Shown: positions 35,466-49,101, counted from the whole stretch's first letter. The stretch: DNA of 55,222 bases, filler included, from Sphacelaria rigidula (GCA_964200075.2; 6 parts of 6 records of this genome joined end to end with filler, not necessarily neighbours in it); one strand, 5' to 3'. The notes: generated from the sequence alone by a model not told the origin. A program made the numbers and translations.

Positions 35466-38400
35466 TTAGAACGCATTCAAATTACCATGAAATAGGCGTC
35501 TTGTCGTATGTGAGGATCTCGTTTTCGGGTGCATTAGCTTCGGAACCGCATTGGTGGCGGCCAGCTATCAACCCACGTGCTTTCAACGAGGGAGTTCATT
35601 TGCTAGCAGCAGTAGTAATGAATATCAACCAGATAAAACCATAGCACTCAACCACGGATATCGACCGGCTACTGCAGAGGCTATCTGGCGCATGCCATCA
35701 AGGCACCGACTGTGCGATTTATATAGCTGTCTCCAACACGGAAAGCCCGCCGTCGACTGACGTGTTGGGAAAAAAAGTTTGGAGGCGATTCATACGCTGT
35801 CCCAGGTATATGTCACGCACCACTGTGCATACGATTGCGTGTCATTCAACATTCAGCAGTTGCTTTTTTGCTTGCAGTTGTAGGACTGCATTCAATGGCG
35901 TGTCTGCAAGGGTAGTGAATCTCCTCCATGTGCCCTTAGCTGTCGCGGCAACAATGGACGTATTTCCATCGTAATTCTTCCGCCGCAAAATGTCCGATAT
36001 TTCATCTTTCCCGATGCTTATCTTCCGCGACTGACGTTTCAACCGTTTGACTACGAGGCCTTCTCTCGGAGAAGTATTTTGCCAACAGTCCCGTAGTTGT
36101 AGAAGGGCGCGCGGGGAGGTGCGTGTACCCAGGTCGATCGAGCGTGTTCGTCGAGAAGACCAATACCCACCCAGCTCCTCGAATCTTGCATAATGTCACA
36201 GGATACAGATATACTCATCCGGATCATCTCGTGGTGAGATCGTATTTCACTTTTTTCTCTCACGACCGATAGGTTATTCAAGGACATAGCGGAGGAGCTA
36301 CTGCCGCGCTGTCGACTGGCTTCGCTCGGCCGTCGACAAATTATACACAACAGTGGAGCATTGATTCGAGGTTGTTGCCGCCGATGAAAAAATGACCTCT
36401 CGCCTGTACAATACTGGATATTAAACAACACTTGAGACGATGCGATATGCCATACGACACGTCAACATGCTCGGAGTGTGCCAGCACGGCTCCGGGATCT
36501 CCAGGAATAGCCAGGCATAACCGCAGAGTGCTTCATTGCTTGGCTTATATCGCAGCAGTAGCGGCAGCAAGTGTGCGCCCCTCGTAGTGCATGAATGCGG
36601 ACCTATTGAAAATGATGAACAGAGAATATGTATGCTTGACTTTTGTAACCAACAATTTGTCAGGGGTTATCAGCTACGTAGCTTCTACACGTTTGCCCAA
36701 GTACCCCCCCCCCCCCCCCCCCCCCCACCACCCCCCCGCCCACGCACGGCCACGTGACAAAGAAAACAAAGCCGACCACACAANNNNNNNNNNNNNNNNN
36801 NNNNNNNNNNNNNNNNNNNNNNNNNNNTTAATTAATTAANNNNNNNNNNNNNNNNNNNNNNNNNNNNNNNNNNNNNNNNNNNNAAGAAAAAACCCAACGC
36901 ATCGGGAATCGAACCCTAGTTCTCTCCGCCCTAGTGACAACAGTCGGACCTGTGCGGTTATTTTGAGTTATTGGGTGTTGCATGGGTCTCAAACAACACG
37001 TTTGTGAGATTCGGACTGAACCGCTATTTCAGATCCTGGACCATGATGCGAGTTATCTGCAGTTTTTACCTCAACGATGGGCAACTCAGTCAACGCCCAC
37101 TGGGCAAAGTTTGAGGCTTTTACTCGTGGGAACAGGTATGCCGCGTCTATTGTCTAGTCCGACTGCATCGTATCAAGTCGTCGCGTTCTGTGAAATGTTC
37201 CATGGTGAGCATGTAAAAAAAGGGCACCGATTTCGTCGAATGATCGTTTTCGCAGAGACTGCTGTGACTTCACCAGATCCTGTCCAGTCGACGAACAAGA
37301 CGCGGCATATCGTTCCCATGAGTGACGGCTGTAGCCCTTGTTCTGGCTGCATCGGCTGTATAGTTGACATTCACCTGAACTGTAGGAGCATGGAAAAATT
37401 CACAGGGTCTGAAAAGAGATTACGATCTGAATCTCGAGAAGATGTTGCTCCCAACGATTGGGGAGAAGATAGATAGTTTGAAGCCGTTAGGGATCGAAAT
37501 ATTTGACTCAAGTGCATAAATTAATGTCACATGTTATCATTTTCTCGTATGACTTCCACTCGATAATGATTAACCCTCGGTCATTTTAAACCCCAGTTTC
37601 TTGTATTGCTGTGTTGACAAGTTCTGGATATTTGTGACCACCATAGTAGTATGGATGGTGGTATGTAGTATGGCATATAAATAGCTGTATACTGTTGCTG
37701 TAGGATAGGTGGGTGCACATATAAATCTCCACGCGGCCGAATTCAATGTGCGATGTGGAGGCGTATTAGTTTGTGGCTTTATCGCATCGTAGGATAGAAT
37801 CCTCAACTACACCGTAGTAACGACAGTGCGCAGATCATGCACTGACTTCATCTCACTCTAGAATCAACTGACATGTCCATCTCAATGCGCCACGTCGAAG
37901 CGTTGCAGTACGGTAGTGGATGGCAGGTTCCAAACAGTTTGGCAGCAACTCTCTTGAGTGATGCTTGGCAAGGGTAGAATAAAGGGTAACTTTGTCGAAG
38001 AAAATGCTTTGGCTTGAAGGCTACCAGCAACAGTATTGGCAGAGAAACCATATTTCTCTGCAGCAGTCTTATCTCGTTCTCTACGTTTCGCTGTCGATGA
38101 GGTCTTGGGCGATGGGGATTGTCACATCTTTTGTACCGGATTTTGACCGCAGTGGCTCGGTGTGGTACGGTAGTACGGCACCGTATGCCCTCTTCTCGAA
38201 TTGAGTGAGAAGTAGTTTGACAGACGAGCACTTCCACCACGACCCTTGGACACAGGACAGAACAGAGTGGCCTGCCTATTGCGCACCAGGAGCAGTACAT
38301 TGCAAATATCTTGTGCAGAGAGAGTCCAAGCTTACTACTCAACGCGCACTGAGGCCATCATGGTCGATCTACTGACCGTATCATTCATGCATTCCGTCGT

Positions 38401-38802
38401 ACATACGTCGACACAAAACCACGACAAAGGATTCGTGCAGCAAACATTCCCACACGACCTCACTTCCATGAACCACAGAATGAAATTCGACGGAGAGCAA
38501 TCTTGAATATCTTGAATGCGCGTACAAACTGTCATGCCTTGGTACAGATCGGGGCCCAGAAGCACATATCGCACTTCTTGCACTTCCGGTAGGAGTCTCC
38601 TTTGGTACTCCTTTGTTGGGACATCGGTATCCTCACTTCGTGCATGTCGGGTTGATGGATATCACTCGCTGGCCGTGCTAATGGCGTTTTGTCCTCCTTC
38701 ATGTTTGGACACCGCTAGCCCATCGACCTGTTTGGTGTGTCGTGCTCCTTTCCTGGTTATCTGTGATGTTTCTGATGGTGTTCATGTTGTTCGTTTGGAC
38801 AG

Positions 38803-38896
38803 GGACGATGTAGCAGACGTTCTCGCTCGGTGCCTCGGGACGCCCAGCGCAACGGGGAAAACGTTCGAGGTTCTGTCGCTACCAGGCTTGAACAGG
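38803..38896 (+). CDS. NAD(P)-binding atypical-SDR-like (NmrA/Tic62-type) protein, penultimate exon
   Basis: ggacag|GGACGAT...AACAGG|gtatgt; (R)DDVADVLARCLGTPSATGKTFEVLSLPGLNR matches the 'RxDVA....L..P.A.GKTFE' C-terminal motif of this family. Confidence 0.78.
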
Positions 38897-39261
38897 GTAT
38901 GTCTCCTGATATGCACTTCTCTTGACACCCATGTATCTTCGCGACTGCGTGCGTAGTTGTGTTCCCCTCCCGTGTTTTGATGTTTTGATCGTGATGCTGT
39001 TCACGACGATGATCACGTCTGTTGGAACTTCCGCCGAGAGATGATGGATGCTGAAAGTGGTGATGTTATATTCGCCTTTGAGTGCGAATATCGAAACCCA
39101 GCATTTGTGCCCTTTGCGATCTAATTGAAATACATGTGTCATTTACTATGTGATTGAAGTACAAGCGCGCCATGTCGTGTGCAGGTAACTGAACGCTGTG
39201 TATACACACTACAGTAGGTTGGGTTAACTGAACCGCTTGTTTTTACTCCACTTGAATGCAG

Positions 39262-39453
39262 GTGTCGGTCGCGAAGGGGAACATAGACGTGGCCCTGGAC
39301 AAGCTCCCTACTGATCAGGAGCTCGCCGCAGAGCCAGATATGCTTCAGAATATTCGGAAAGCAACCTACCCAATTCTCACACAGCTGAGACCGGTGGTTC
39401 TCATGCCCGACGTAGCCGATCAGGATGATGACATTCAGCCAGACGACATCTAG
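39262..39453 (+). CDS. Same NAD(P)-binding protein, last coding exon
   Basis: atgcag|GTGTCG...ATCTAG; phase 0; VSVAKGNIDVALDKLPTDQELAAEPDMLQNIRKATYPILTQLRPVVLMPDVADQDDDIQPDDI*. Confidence 0.72.
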   Translation: MSVAKGNIDVALDKLPTDQELAAEPDMLQNIRKATYPILTQLRPVVLMPDVADQDDDIQPDDI

Positions 39454-42244
39454 GAAACCCATTTAAGACTTGACGCGCGCCATCTTGAATCTGCGCAATT
39501 TCGAAGCTTTTGCTATTGGCTGACTCGCGTACACTGCAGACTTGCACTTTTTACCCCTGGTTGGATCTTGTTTCACCACGGTACCCGCTTGGTTGCTACC
39601 ATAGTTCTTTGTGCGATGGTCGGTCTGAACGTTGTCTGGTTACGGGGCCACGCGGGTCCTTACTGACTGCACTGTTTTCTACCCGTGATGGATCGCTGTG
39701 TCGTAGCCCGATTGCCTGGTTGGTTCTGGCCCACATGCAGCTAGCTACCTGGCTGGCCACCATCTCGAAGAACGCGTCTGCCTGAGTCGGGTATTGATGT
39801 TGTGATGCTGTCCGGTGGGCGATTCCTGTTTCATTATGCTCTAAGCTTCAAATGCTCACTACTGGTTGCTGCCAGCTTTTTTCAGCTTTTCGTAGAGAGC
39901 AATATGTAAAATACGCCTTCAGATGAGCAGCGTCAGAGGTCGTTGATACTTCGCGATTTAAGCAGAGTAGTTCACAGTTGCCATCGCCAGTAGCCGAATA
40001 GACCACAAGACTCACTGTATGGCATTGGGCACATGCAGCCGGGAGCTGGGAGTGACGGCGGTGTACTCACAGTTACGTACACCGCAGTGTTTTGAGCGAT
40101 AAAGTCGAATCCATGCAGTGCCAGGATGTCGCGATACACTGGAATTTTGTTGACCGGGGATGTTTTCCACAAGGACGATTCATGATTTCACCACTTGCTC
40201 AAGCATCGTCCCTGTGAGCTTTGGAGAGGAGACTCTTTGGGATGCGTTTGGGTTACGAAGTACAAACGCTTACAGTTATCATTTTAGAGCGGGAAGAGCC
40301 AAGGAATGGTAGCAAAAGGGTTACCTCTGCAACAAATGGTTTTCGGGGGCTTTTTTACGACAGTTTCTTCGTTGAAAACAGTTGATATGGTGGCCGTGAC
40401 TCGCTTTGTGTGAAGAACCTCGGGAGATTAGGGTGGGATTTGTGGGGTGTGACAATTTGAAACAATGAACGCTGCTGCATGGCATGTTGACAAAAGTTTC
40501 CTGAAAGCTGGTGCGTTGAGAATACCCCCTACCATGTACATAGTGAAGCTTGAATGCTGGACGGGCGCTCTCGAAATGCCTCCGAAGCGCTATTTCAGGC
40601 GTTTTGTGTGTCGAGCGCGTTGCTTGTTAGGTGGCATTCGACCGTCAAAATGTGATATGAGTGGCACCATTAATGGAAGTATCCTTCGCCTTTGTCCATG
40701 AAATAGATATCGTAGCTCTGATAAGACGGGTGTGAGAGGAATGTTCGCGGAGTGGCTGGATATAATATCCGGATCTTGGAGGGTATACAGCATACTTACA
40801 TTTGCATATGGTTGATACGGGTTTTCACCAGTTTCTGCCGGACAGATGCCATCCGGTCTTCGACGATTGACCGCTATTGGGGATTGGATGTGCTATCAAA
40901 CTGACGTACGACGTCTTGGCTTATGGCTGTGATCGTCGTTCACGTTCATCGCTCGAGAATAATTTCTGGGGATGCGGTCAGCGAGGTTCATTGAAGTTGT
41001 GCGGAGCTTTTGATCGCTGATGGATAATTGCGTAGGTCGACTCGTGTTGTTTGGGACCAGCTGGCAAGCCATTTCATGAGTTAGGATGTGCGGGTGATAG
41101 GGGTCCGAACAGGACGCAATTATGATTTACCGCCCTGTTCTCTGGATGTATGTACACGCTTTCAAGTAAACCATTGAAAAACATGCCCTCAAAGGTCCTG
41201 CTCAATTAAGCCGAGTCTGACTTACAAGGCAACACCCCATAATAATCATATTTTGACCATGCTTGATTTGCATCCTGGAACAAGACGTTTGCCAACGCTT
41301 CTGGGAAACCGAAGAGTGACCTTCACGTTTGTAGCGACTCATACACTGCCGTTGGTTTGTATGATGCGTTGTTGAATGTACACGTTTTCCGTGTCTGTGT
41401 GTGCTTGAGCAGATGTGGGCGCTACGTTTTTTGCTGAATTCGTGACGCAGTCAAGCTAGCTAGCCTTGGTGCTTCTTACCTTGCTTCTTACCCCATGTAA
41501 ATTGTTGCAGTGCCCCGTACAGACTGGATAAGTGCGCTTGTCCAGCCTAATCTTGATGGCATCGTTGTCATACTTCACAGAGGGTGTCGAGATTCGTTTA
41601 GTCGGCTGCATGATAAGGCACGACGGTTTTCCCACTGTAGTGTGTGTGTGTGTGTTTTCGTTTGTTGTAGGAGGAAGAGTATATACTTCAGGTGCTGAAA
41701 CCGCTTCCAACAGCGTGGACAGTAGTGGTGGCAATGGTGATATAACAGTGGCACGTGGCGGGGGTCTAGGCCGAAATGGCCCAACTAAGCACGTGCATGT
41801 GATGTACAGTATTTGTTTACCGTCCACTCTGGATATGTAAATACCCTGCCTATGCTCTCTTCGGAGAGTCCGTGCAGCAGTAATATAGTCACTGTAGAGT
41901 GCGGATGGAAGGATGACGACGTCCTTGTGTGATCTGGTCGGCCCGAGCAAAATCATCGACCACACGATGACGTTAGGCACTTTCGGAAACCCACTTTGTT
42001 CTGTCATGTTATCTTTCGGGAGTGTATCTCGCTGACGAGGCCGCTTCGGAGACGCGTTTTTTGTGTCCCCGGCGTGATGAATCTCCTTCAATTCGGGCGA
42101 AGAAGAAAAAACATGGTTTGTCCGAAACAATCCAGTCAGATAGTGAGCCTCACAGCAGTTACGGTGACAGAAACAAAACGGATTCGGGAACGATATTTTC
42201 GTTCAATGACGTGCGCAATTTCTGACTTACGGCGTTCTTACTTA

Positions 42245-42813
42245 GGCTACTTCTCATGTATAAAAAAATAAAAGTTGTTGACAAGTGCATTTTTTACTCT
42301 TCTCCGTCGTTTTTTCCCCCAAAAGAGGGCTAGGCGGTTGTTGACACCTTGGAATGCCTTGCTGTATTCGCTGAGACGGTTCCAGAGCACACATCTGTTT
42401 CCCATAGGTCACAGTTTGGTTTTTGGCCAAACTTGCATTTTCAATAACAAACGGTCAAGTTATCTGAAAAGAGGGGGAAAAGTGATTTTTTTTTCGGTAA
42501 CGTGACCGTTTGTTATTGAAAATGCAAGTTTGGCCAAAAACGAAACTGTGACCTATGGGAAACAGATGTGTGCTCTGGAACCGTCTTTTTTTCGGTAACT
42601 TGACCGTTTGTTATTGAAAATGCAAGTTTGGCCAAAAACAAAAGTGTGACCTACGGGAAACGCATGTGTGCTCTGGAACCGTCTCATCGAGTAGAGCAAG
42701 TCATTCCAAGGTGTCAACAGCCGCCTTGCCCTCTTTGGGGGGGAAAAACCACGGAGAAGGGTCAAAAATGCACTTTTCAGCAACTTCTATTTTTTTATAC
42801 ATGAGAAATAGCC
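42245..42813. mobile_element. Fold-back Tourist/PIF-like MITE (TTA TSD, ~215-bp arms, internal ~97-bp duplication)
   Basis: TTA|ggctacttctcatgtataaaaaaata ... tatttttttatacatgagaaatagcc|TTA. Confidence 0.87.
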
Positions 42814-44413
42814 TTACGGGCGAGTTTTTTTTCGCAGAATCATTGTTTTCGTTTGCACAATGTCTCCGCTTCTGCACTTGTGTTGAGGGTGAAGGTTTCA
42901 TCCTGCCCCAATCACGGCTAATATTCCGGATTCGTTTTTTGATTTTTCAAAATTACTCGTGTTCTACTACCAAACGTGTCAGCACACACGTAGACGGCGT
43001 CTAGAGCAATGTGGCCGGCGAGGTATAGGACGTGCATGTCGCCCGCCTTCATTTCATCCAGACAAGGAGCTGGAGGTTCCTGCTGATCTGAAGGTGGCGT
43101 TCTAGCATGCTTTTGCACAGGGAGAGTTCGAGATGACGGCTATCGTCGGTATATCTGAGGACGAGGCAGGAGATGGAGAGCAATAGCTAAGGGCTATCCC
43201 AGTCTGTAAACTCTCGATATGGACTAGTCGTACAACAAAATTGTGTATCCAAATCCTTGATGCTATAGGCTTTAAGTTTGACTTTACAATACGTGCCTAG
43301 CTCTTCGTTACTCACAGTACTTGAGCTATTCCTCCTGGCCTACATGTCTTTTGACCTATGATTCTGCCCGTTTGTTGCTACGATCTTTCCTACTTCGGAC
43401 CTTCTCAGCTCAAACGTAACTGGTCAGATCGCAAATACTTGCTGGATATTCGAGCTGTATTTCTTTATTTTCGAACATCTACTACAGTCCGCATTCCATA
43501 TCACTGTACCATAACAGCACCGCGATTAACGCCATCGCGGCCATCTCCACGAAGAGTCAAATCATATCAACGGCACCGAGAAATCGTGGTGTGCGCAACA
43601 GAGGGGCTACCCGGACACCCAACACTTACATGAAACGAGCAGCCGTGCTGATTTTCGGTAGTGCCCGCCTTTTCGAGTCGGGAGCGGAAGCACGTGCCCT
43701 GTAGGAGATCAAGTCATGGAACTCCTTGAAAAAACCCTGACGAGACGGAGAACGTGAATGTAAATCATGTAACAATGGGAATAAAAATCGGAAATTATCA
43801 CACATTTTCATATCGATTTTTGAAATGGGCCGAAGGATATGCCGTGCTTCCCTTTGTAACCGTAACTCCATTTCCTGCTACTCCTCTATCGTTTCTTCCA
43901 CTTTTCTCATATCTAGTAGAGTGGAGTTTCTGACTGCTACTATAGTAGTGCGTTCTTTAGATAGCTGAGTAGCAATCTGCGTCCACAGCCTTTATTTCCA
44001 TGCGATTTCCGATGCAAAGCTGTGTTAGGAACATGTCAGGCTTTCCCAGATACTCGCTTCTTCTGAGCCTAGCACCTAGGAATTGATTTGACCAATCGAT
44101 CGATTGATAAATTGTCGCGCATCAAGCGATCCTTGAGGTATCCACACTAGGTCACAAGATAGACGTACCCAAGGTTAACAGAATGAAACCGCTCGCTCGA
44201 AAAAGGTAAGATCGAACGAATGAAGTGAAACAAAAGACACACAAGACAGGGAGGGGAGAGGGGGAGGTAAATGAAAAAGAAAGGAGAATAAGACCACGAA
44301 TAACCCGTGCCGATGAAGGCGTAAAGCTAAACATTTGCTATCCGAGAAGTATCGCTGATTGTTCGTGGTGGTGTCTGAGTAACTCGTGTTTCGCTCCATC
44401 ACTCCACCCGGTC

Positions 44414-44792
44414 CACTCGCGGCCATTCGGCTACCCCCCATAAAAATCCTCTATCGCAATTTTCATCCTCTCGAGGTTAAAATACCCTCTAGAGGGTATT
44501 TCATCCTCAGGTGCGGTCATAAGCGGATCCTCTGGAGGGCATCTGATGTTCCAGTGACTTCTGAGGTCTGAATCCCTCGATAGTAACAAAAACGATGGTG
44601 CTCTGGAGGATTGCGCATTTTCCGAATTCCTCCGGAGGATGCGCAGCCCTCCAGAGGCAAAACAAGCCTCTGGAAGAGTTTGATCCCACCTCTCTGGAGG
44701 GTCGCGCACCCACTGGAGGCGTTTTATTTCTCTGGAGGCTCGAAACGTTGACCGGAACATAGCATTTTGGGAAGTAGCCGAATGGCCGAGTG
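44414..44792. mobile_element. MITE with CACTC termini and an array of palindromic CCTCNNGAGG motifs
   Basis: cactcgcggccattcggctac ... gtagccgaatggccgagtg; about ten exact or degenerate CCTC(TC/TA/TG/CG/CA)GAGG copies. Confidence 0.72.
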
Positions 44793-45370
44793 TGTCTGCC
44801 CAACTGTCCTCTTTACCCCTGCTTGACCTTCTCGGTGCTGGTTGCTTCCACTTATCAAAGATCAAGCCCGATGATTGATTGACACACGATTCGTGGTTGG
44901 TAACACCACGGTTGTTGAGACAATTGCGTTTGAAGGCTATCCTCACCCCAGGTCGTTCTCTCATACTTACATGGTATGCCTGCACGCGAGAATCAATTAA
45001 TTCAAAAGATTGTGCCGCGTAGCGCTATCGACGCTCTGACTTCTACGGAAGGGCTTTGCATACGACACCCATGTGCGTCGCGCAATCCCAAGGCCTCACA
45101 CCTCCCAGAGAGTAGTCCAGGTTTAAGGGGGACCGCATGCACCAAAGTGAAAGTCTGTGCTTTTTTCTCGCGTGAAAGGCGCCCGATTTACGATGTTTAA
45201 CAGTGAAACGCCACCCCGTAGCCGAGGCATTGAGAGGCACCTATTACAAAATTTCCCGTAGTCTTCATCATTTTTCTCCCGCGTTTGTTTTGACTGATCG
45301 TGTACAACCTCCTCACCTAAAGTCATGGGGTAAAGATCGGCCAGCACTTAGTTCTTTCTTCTTATACGTA

Positions 45371-45589
45371 GTTGTTTGCCAAAACAATCGAGAGTTGTTC
45401 AATCGAGCGAAAACACTGAAGAGTCAGAACCTGGGGCTGTGAACTCGCAGGAACTCCGAGAATCGGCCACCCCGCGTAAGTTGTTTGCCAAAACAATCGA
45501 GATTTGTTCAATCGAGCGAAAACACCGAAGAGTCAGAACCTGGGGCTGTGAACTCGCAGGAACTCCGAGAATCGGCCACCCCGCGTAAG
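45371..45589. repeat. Near-perfect 109-bp tandem duplication
   Basis: gttgtttgccaaaacaatcgaga...atcggccaccccgcgtaa at 45371 and 45480. Confidence 0.92.
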
Positions 45590-47043
45590 TCGTTCAACAT
45601 CGGGCGCAGAAAAATGTTTTATCTCGGAATGTAAAGCGGAGGCTAGCATCTGCCGATCTCCTACTACTTTGTTACCAAACGATCACTGTGATGAGCGGTG
45701 TCTCGCGAAAAATCTTCAAAAATGCCCTCTCACAAAATTCGCCTGGTTTACTTGCAGATCGTTATATGGCAACAATAATCGATACGGCACACTCGTTCAC
45801 TCGTACATTCGAATAGACAGTAAGATAGATACTGCTTTGTATACCTAACGTGCCAACGCCGACCGTCGTCGGGGACAAGGGAAAACTAACCTGTTAACAG
45901 CTACTTCATTTTTCGGGGGCATAAGACGTACATTCTGCCGTGTTCGTTCTCGTGTCTTGGTCGCCGCACCACTGCAACACACGAAGAACGAGCAACACGG
46001 TACNNNNNNNNNNNNNNNNNNNNNNNNNNNNNNNNNNNNNNNNNNNNTTAATTAATTAANNNNNNNNNNNNNNNNNNNNNNNNNNNNNNNNNNNNNNNNN
46101 NNNGGTAACCATGATGGTAGTCGAGCTAGATCATCTTGTGCGGCGTGGGAGAACCTCAGCTCCGCACAATGGGGATGATCGTACTACGTAGTGTTTAAAT
46201 AGCGAAACACCCATGAGGAAGTGTATGAGCTATGGCTGTCTCTGGAAGTGCGATACCGGAAAATAAAGTAACTCATTGCAGGCTGTCATTCAAATGCAAG
46301 ATGATCAGTAGGCTTCGAGCCGAACAATCTTAGCCGGATGCAGCTCACCGAACACACCACGGCGCTTCGCGCTTAGTGACTGAGTGCGAGCCTGGCCCGG
46401 CGAACACCCGGGGTGCTCCGTCCTGGCTTTGTAGGGATGCGAGGTCAATGGTCCCATGACTTGACATGCATGGTCATGAGTATTGTACCCCCCCCCCCCC
46501 CCCCAAGCCTGTCGAGAAGACAATGACCATACAGCGCATGATGAGAGGGTCAGACTGCATGAAGCGCCCCGTGTATGCGACATTGGCGAAAACAATCCCG
46601 AGCTCAGGAGTTCGCGTTTGCTTGGTGAGCTCAGTTTTGTCATTTAATTTGCAAATAGTTGTGGACCTGCTCAAACCGGTTACCTTTCTGGGGAGGGGGC
46701 TATTGTGGCATCACGTTTTTTGCCGAGCGATCCCACGGGAAACAAGCAATTCCTCCGTCCGAGCTCAACACCATTAATGTTAGCTGCTTGTGCGCAATAG
46801 CGGTATCTGATCAGCAGTGTACTCCCATATCCACGTGCTTGCGGCACATGGGTCGTATTCCGCAAAATGTCACGACGACTGATGATGATTCAACGCTATG
46901 GAAATATCTTCCGCGAAGAGTTCGTACTTTTGTGTACTGCGCTGGCGAGTGCCCCGATACCTGAAACTATCTTGAACATATCCACGGTGGTACACACCCG
47001 ATCCGCTAGTCATGAAACAACCTCAGCCATATATATATATATA

Positions 47044-47790
47044 TGTAGTCTTGTCTTAAAAAAACGAATAAATTCACCCGCCGGACAGGTCGTGAGGTAC
47101 CTGAATATTACTTCTCATCAGATCCGGTCGCCCCGGTTGTTCAGTTGGTAACCTCGGAACCTTCTGACGATTGGGTCGTGGATTCGAATCTCGGTGCAGT
47201 CACATGATCTGGGATTTTTTCTCGCACCATGCCCAACAGTGGAGAGCGACCATGTCGTGCGTAGACAAAAAAATCGGCTTACGATCAACGAGGGAAAGGG
47301 ACCGCTGAACCCCTCTCGCGACAAAACATATGGCAAGCACCGCAGAAGGAAAGTGGAGTACCAACACGAAAGAAAAAACTCCCATGTTTGCCCTCCTCCT
47401 GGGTGACCCCGGCTGATGCGCACACATATAGCCACGTTTTCGTGAGATGGAGAGTAGAGCGCTGATTGAGAATAGCTTTGAACATTCGCTTGAACTTAGC
47501 CAATTTTTCATTCCGTGTCTGCTTTTCTCTGCCTCCATCATTAGCGTGTGATTACCGCTACACGTTGAGATCCTTCTCAGGGACAACAAGAGCCTCAGTG
47601 GCAAGCTATTACAGAAAGCATATCGGACCTCGTGGGGTGGTATTTCGGAACTGAAACGATTCATTAACTAACTGACCGCTTTCCACTCTCAATCGCATCC
47701 TCTACTCTTCATCTCACGAAATCACTATTATATACCGAAAGCTGTAAACTGGTGTCCAGAATAAATGGAAGGACAACACCCACACACGCA
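47044..47790 (+). mobile_element. tRNA-like-headed dispersed repeat interrupted by a MITE
   Basis: A-box-like ttgttcagttggt (~47137) and B-box-like ggattcgaatc (~47180); the 3' part matches 27664-27860 once ~47429-47726 is removed. The 5' boundary is uncertain. Confidence 0.62.
47429..47726. mobile_element. MITE (~35-bp TIR) in a TA-rich site, nested in the repeat above
   Basis: tttcgtgagatggagagtagag...gattgaga pairs with tctcaatc...ctctactcttcatctcacgaaa. Confidence 0.72.
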
Positions 47791-48933
47791 CGTTAGAAGA
47801 GTACTGATCCGGATCAGGAGCCAGCTCATTTGGTCCCTTTTCCCGCATTTACTCCCTCAAGTGCTAGACGCTGAGCACGCCGAGTAGCGCAAAGGTAGCG
47901 CTTTGGCTTCCCGGACCCCGCTGTCACGGATCTTGTGTTCTTGGAAAAAGGATCTGATAGTCCTCTCCCATCAGTTATTTTAGGTAGCTCATGAGGTGTC
48001 AGACGTGTGAATAAGTTCGACATGGTCAAATACACTACTTCCATTAGATTCTGGACACGACGCCCCTACGTAGCGCCCAGCAAAACAATTTTCACAGCAT
48101 CTCCGTGCTTCTAACATTCGAACCTGGAACGAGCTTCACCTTTCCAAAAAAGGGGACCGGATCTGTAGCTGGCGTGAGCATATCCCGCGGTACAGGCAAA
48201 AAATGCACGACGTCACGGTCGACAGACAAGCAGCAAATTGAATCGATTGTCATCATACTCTCATCTCTCTCCCCTTTGCCCGATAGAAGGCATTGGTCTT
48301 GTGATTCTGCGGGCAGTTGTATTCCACACGAGTCCCGTAAAAAAAAACACCACGTGGCAGGCCGAGGTTCTCGAGCTACCGTTGCCTACGGCATCGAGGT
48401 CAACAGACAAGACTACAAAAGGTAGTTTGACAATCGTCTACTTTAGCAAGTTAACACAGTACAATACAGCTCTCCTGGGTGCGGCTACGAAAGGTAACGA
48501 CAAAATCTCACAGGAGTGCAAGCTCAATATCGAAGGAAAAAGGTAGAAGAAATAATACTTCGTGCAAACACGATACAATTAAGTACCAAACGCCCCGTGC
48601 ACACCACGCAGCTCCCGTCATACTTGAACAGAACTCGCGCTTCCCTCATGCTGACACAAATACTATTGCAGCGAGTGCAGAGGAAATGAGAAAGCCGAAA
48701 CAGCGACCACGACGTCTCCTTCTCTTGTGTTGTCAAACCCGTACGTATAGTTGCGGAAACGCCCATGCAAGAACGGCAAAATAACATTTTTCGGGCCAAT
48801 ACAGTAACACTCCACCAAATTGAAAAAAATAGACGAAAAAAGTACTACTGCGCCAATGGTGGGCGTATTTCTCCAAACCGGATCTCCCGCAGGCGGCTTG
48901 ATTAGAAAGCTATTGGAAAAAAGCAAATGCATC

Positions 48934-49101
48934 TCAAAAATCCGCATCCAATCGGAAGTTTCGTCTGTCCTCCCCAACCCCGTTACTCCCGCCCATGACG
49001 CCGCTCTTTTGATACTCCCCGACCCGCTTTTCGAAGAAATTGGTCTTGCCCTGCAAGCTGATGAGATCCATCCAATCGAACGGATTTTGCGTTTCGTACA
49101 C
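48934..49101 (-). CDS. RRM2: Ribonucleotide reductase small subunit (class Ia R2), last exon
   Basis: taaag|GTGTAC...[42 protein letters not shown]...FRLDADF*, the canonical eukaryotic R2 C-terminus. Confidence 0.95.
   Translation of the reverse strand: MYETQNPFDWMDLISLQGKTNFFEKRVGEYQKSGVMGGSNGVGEDRRNFRLDADF

Noticed and set aside
41456..42130. 224-aa ORF on the minus strand
   Set aside because: Non-ATG start, includes a CA microsatellite, and has no recognisable domain.
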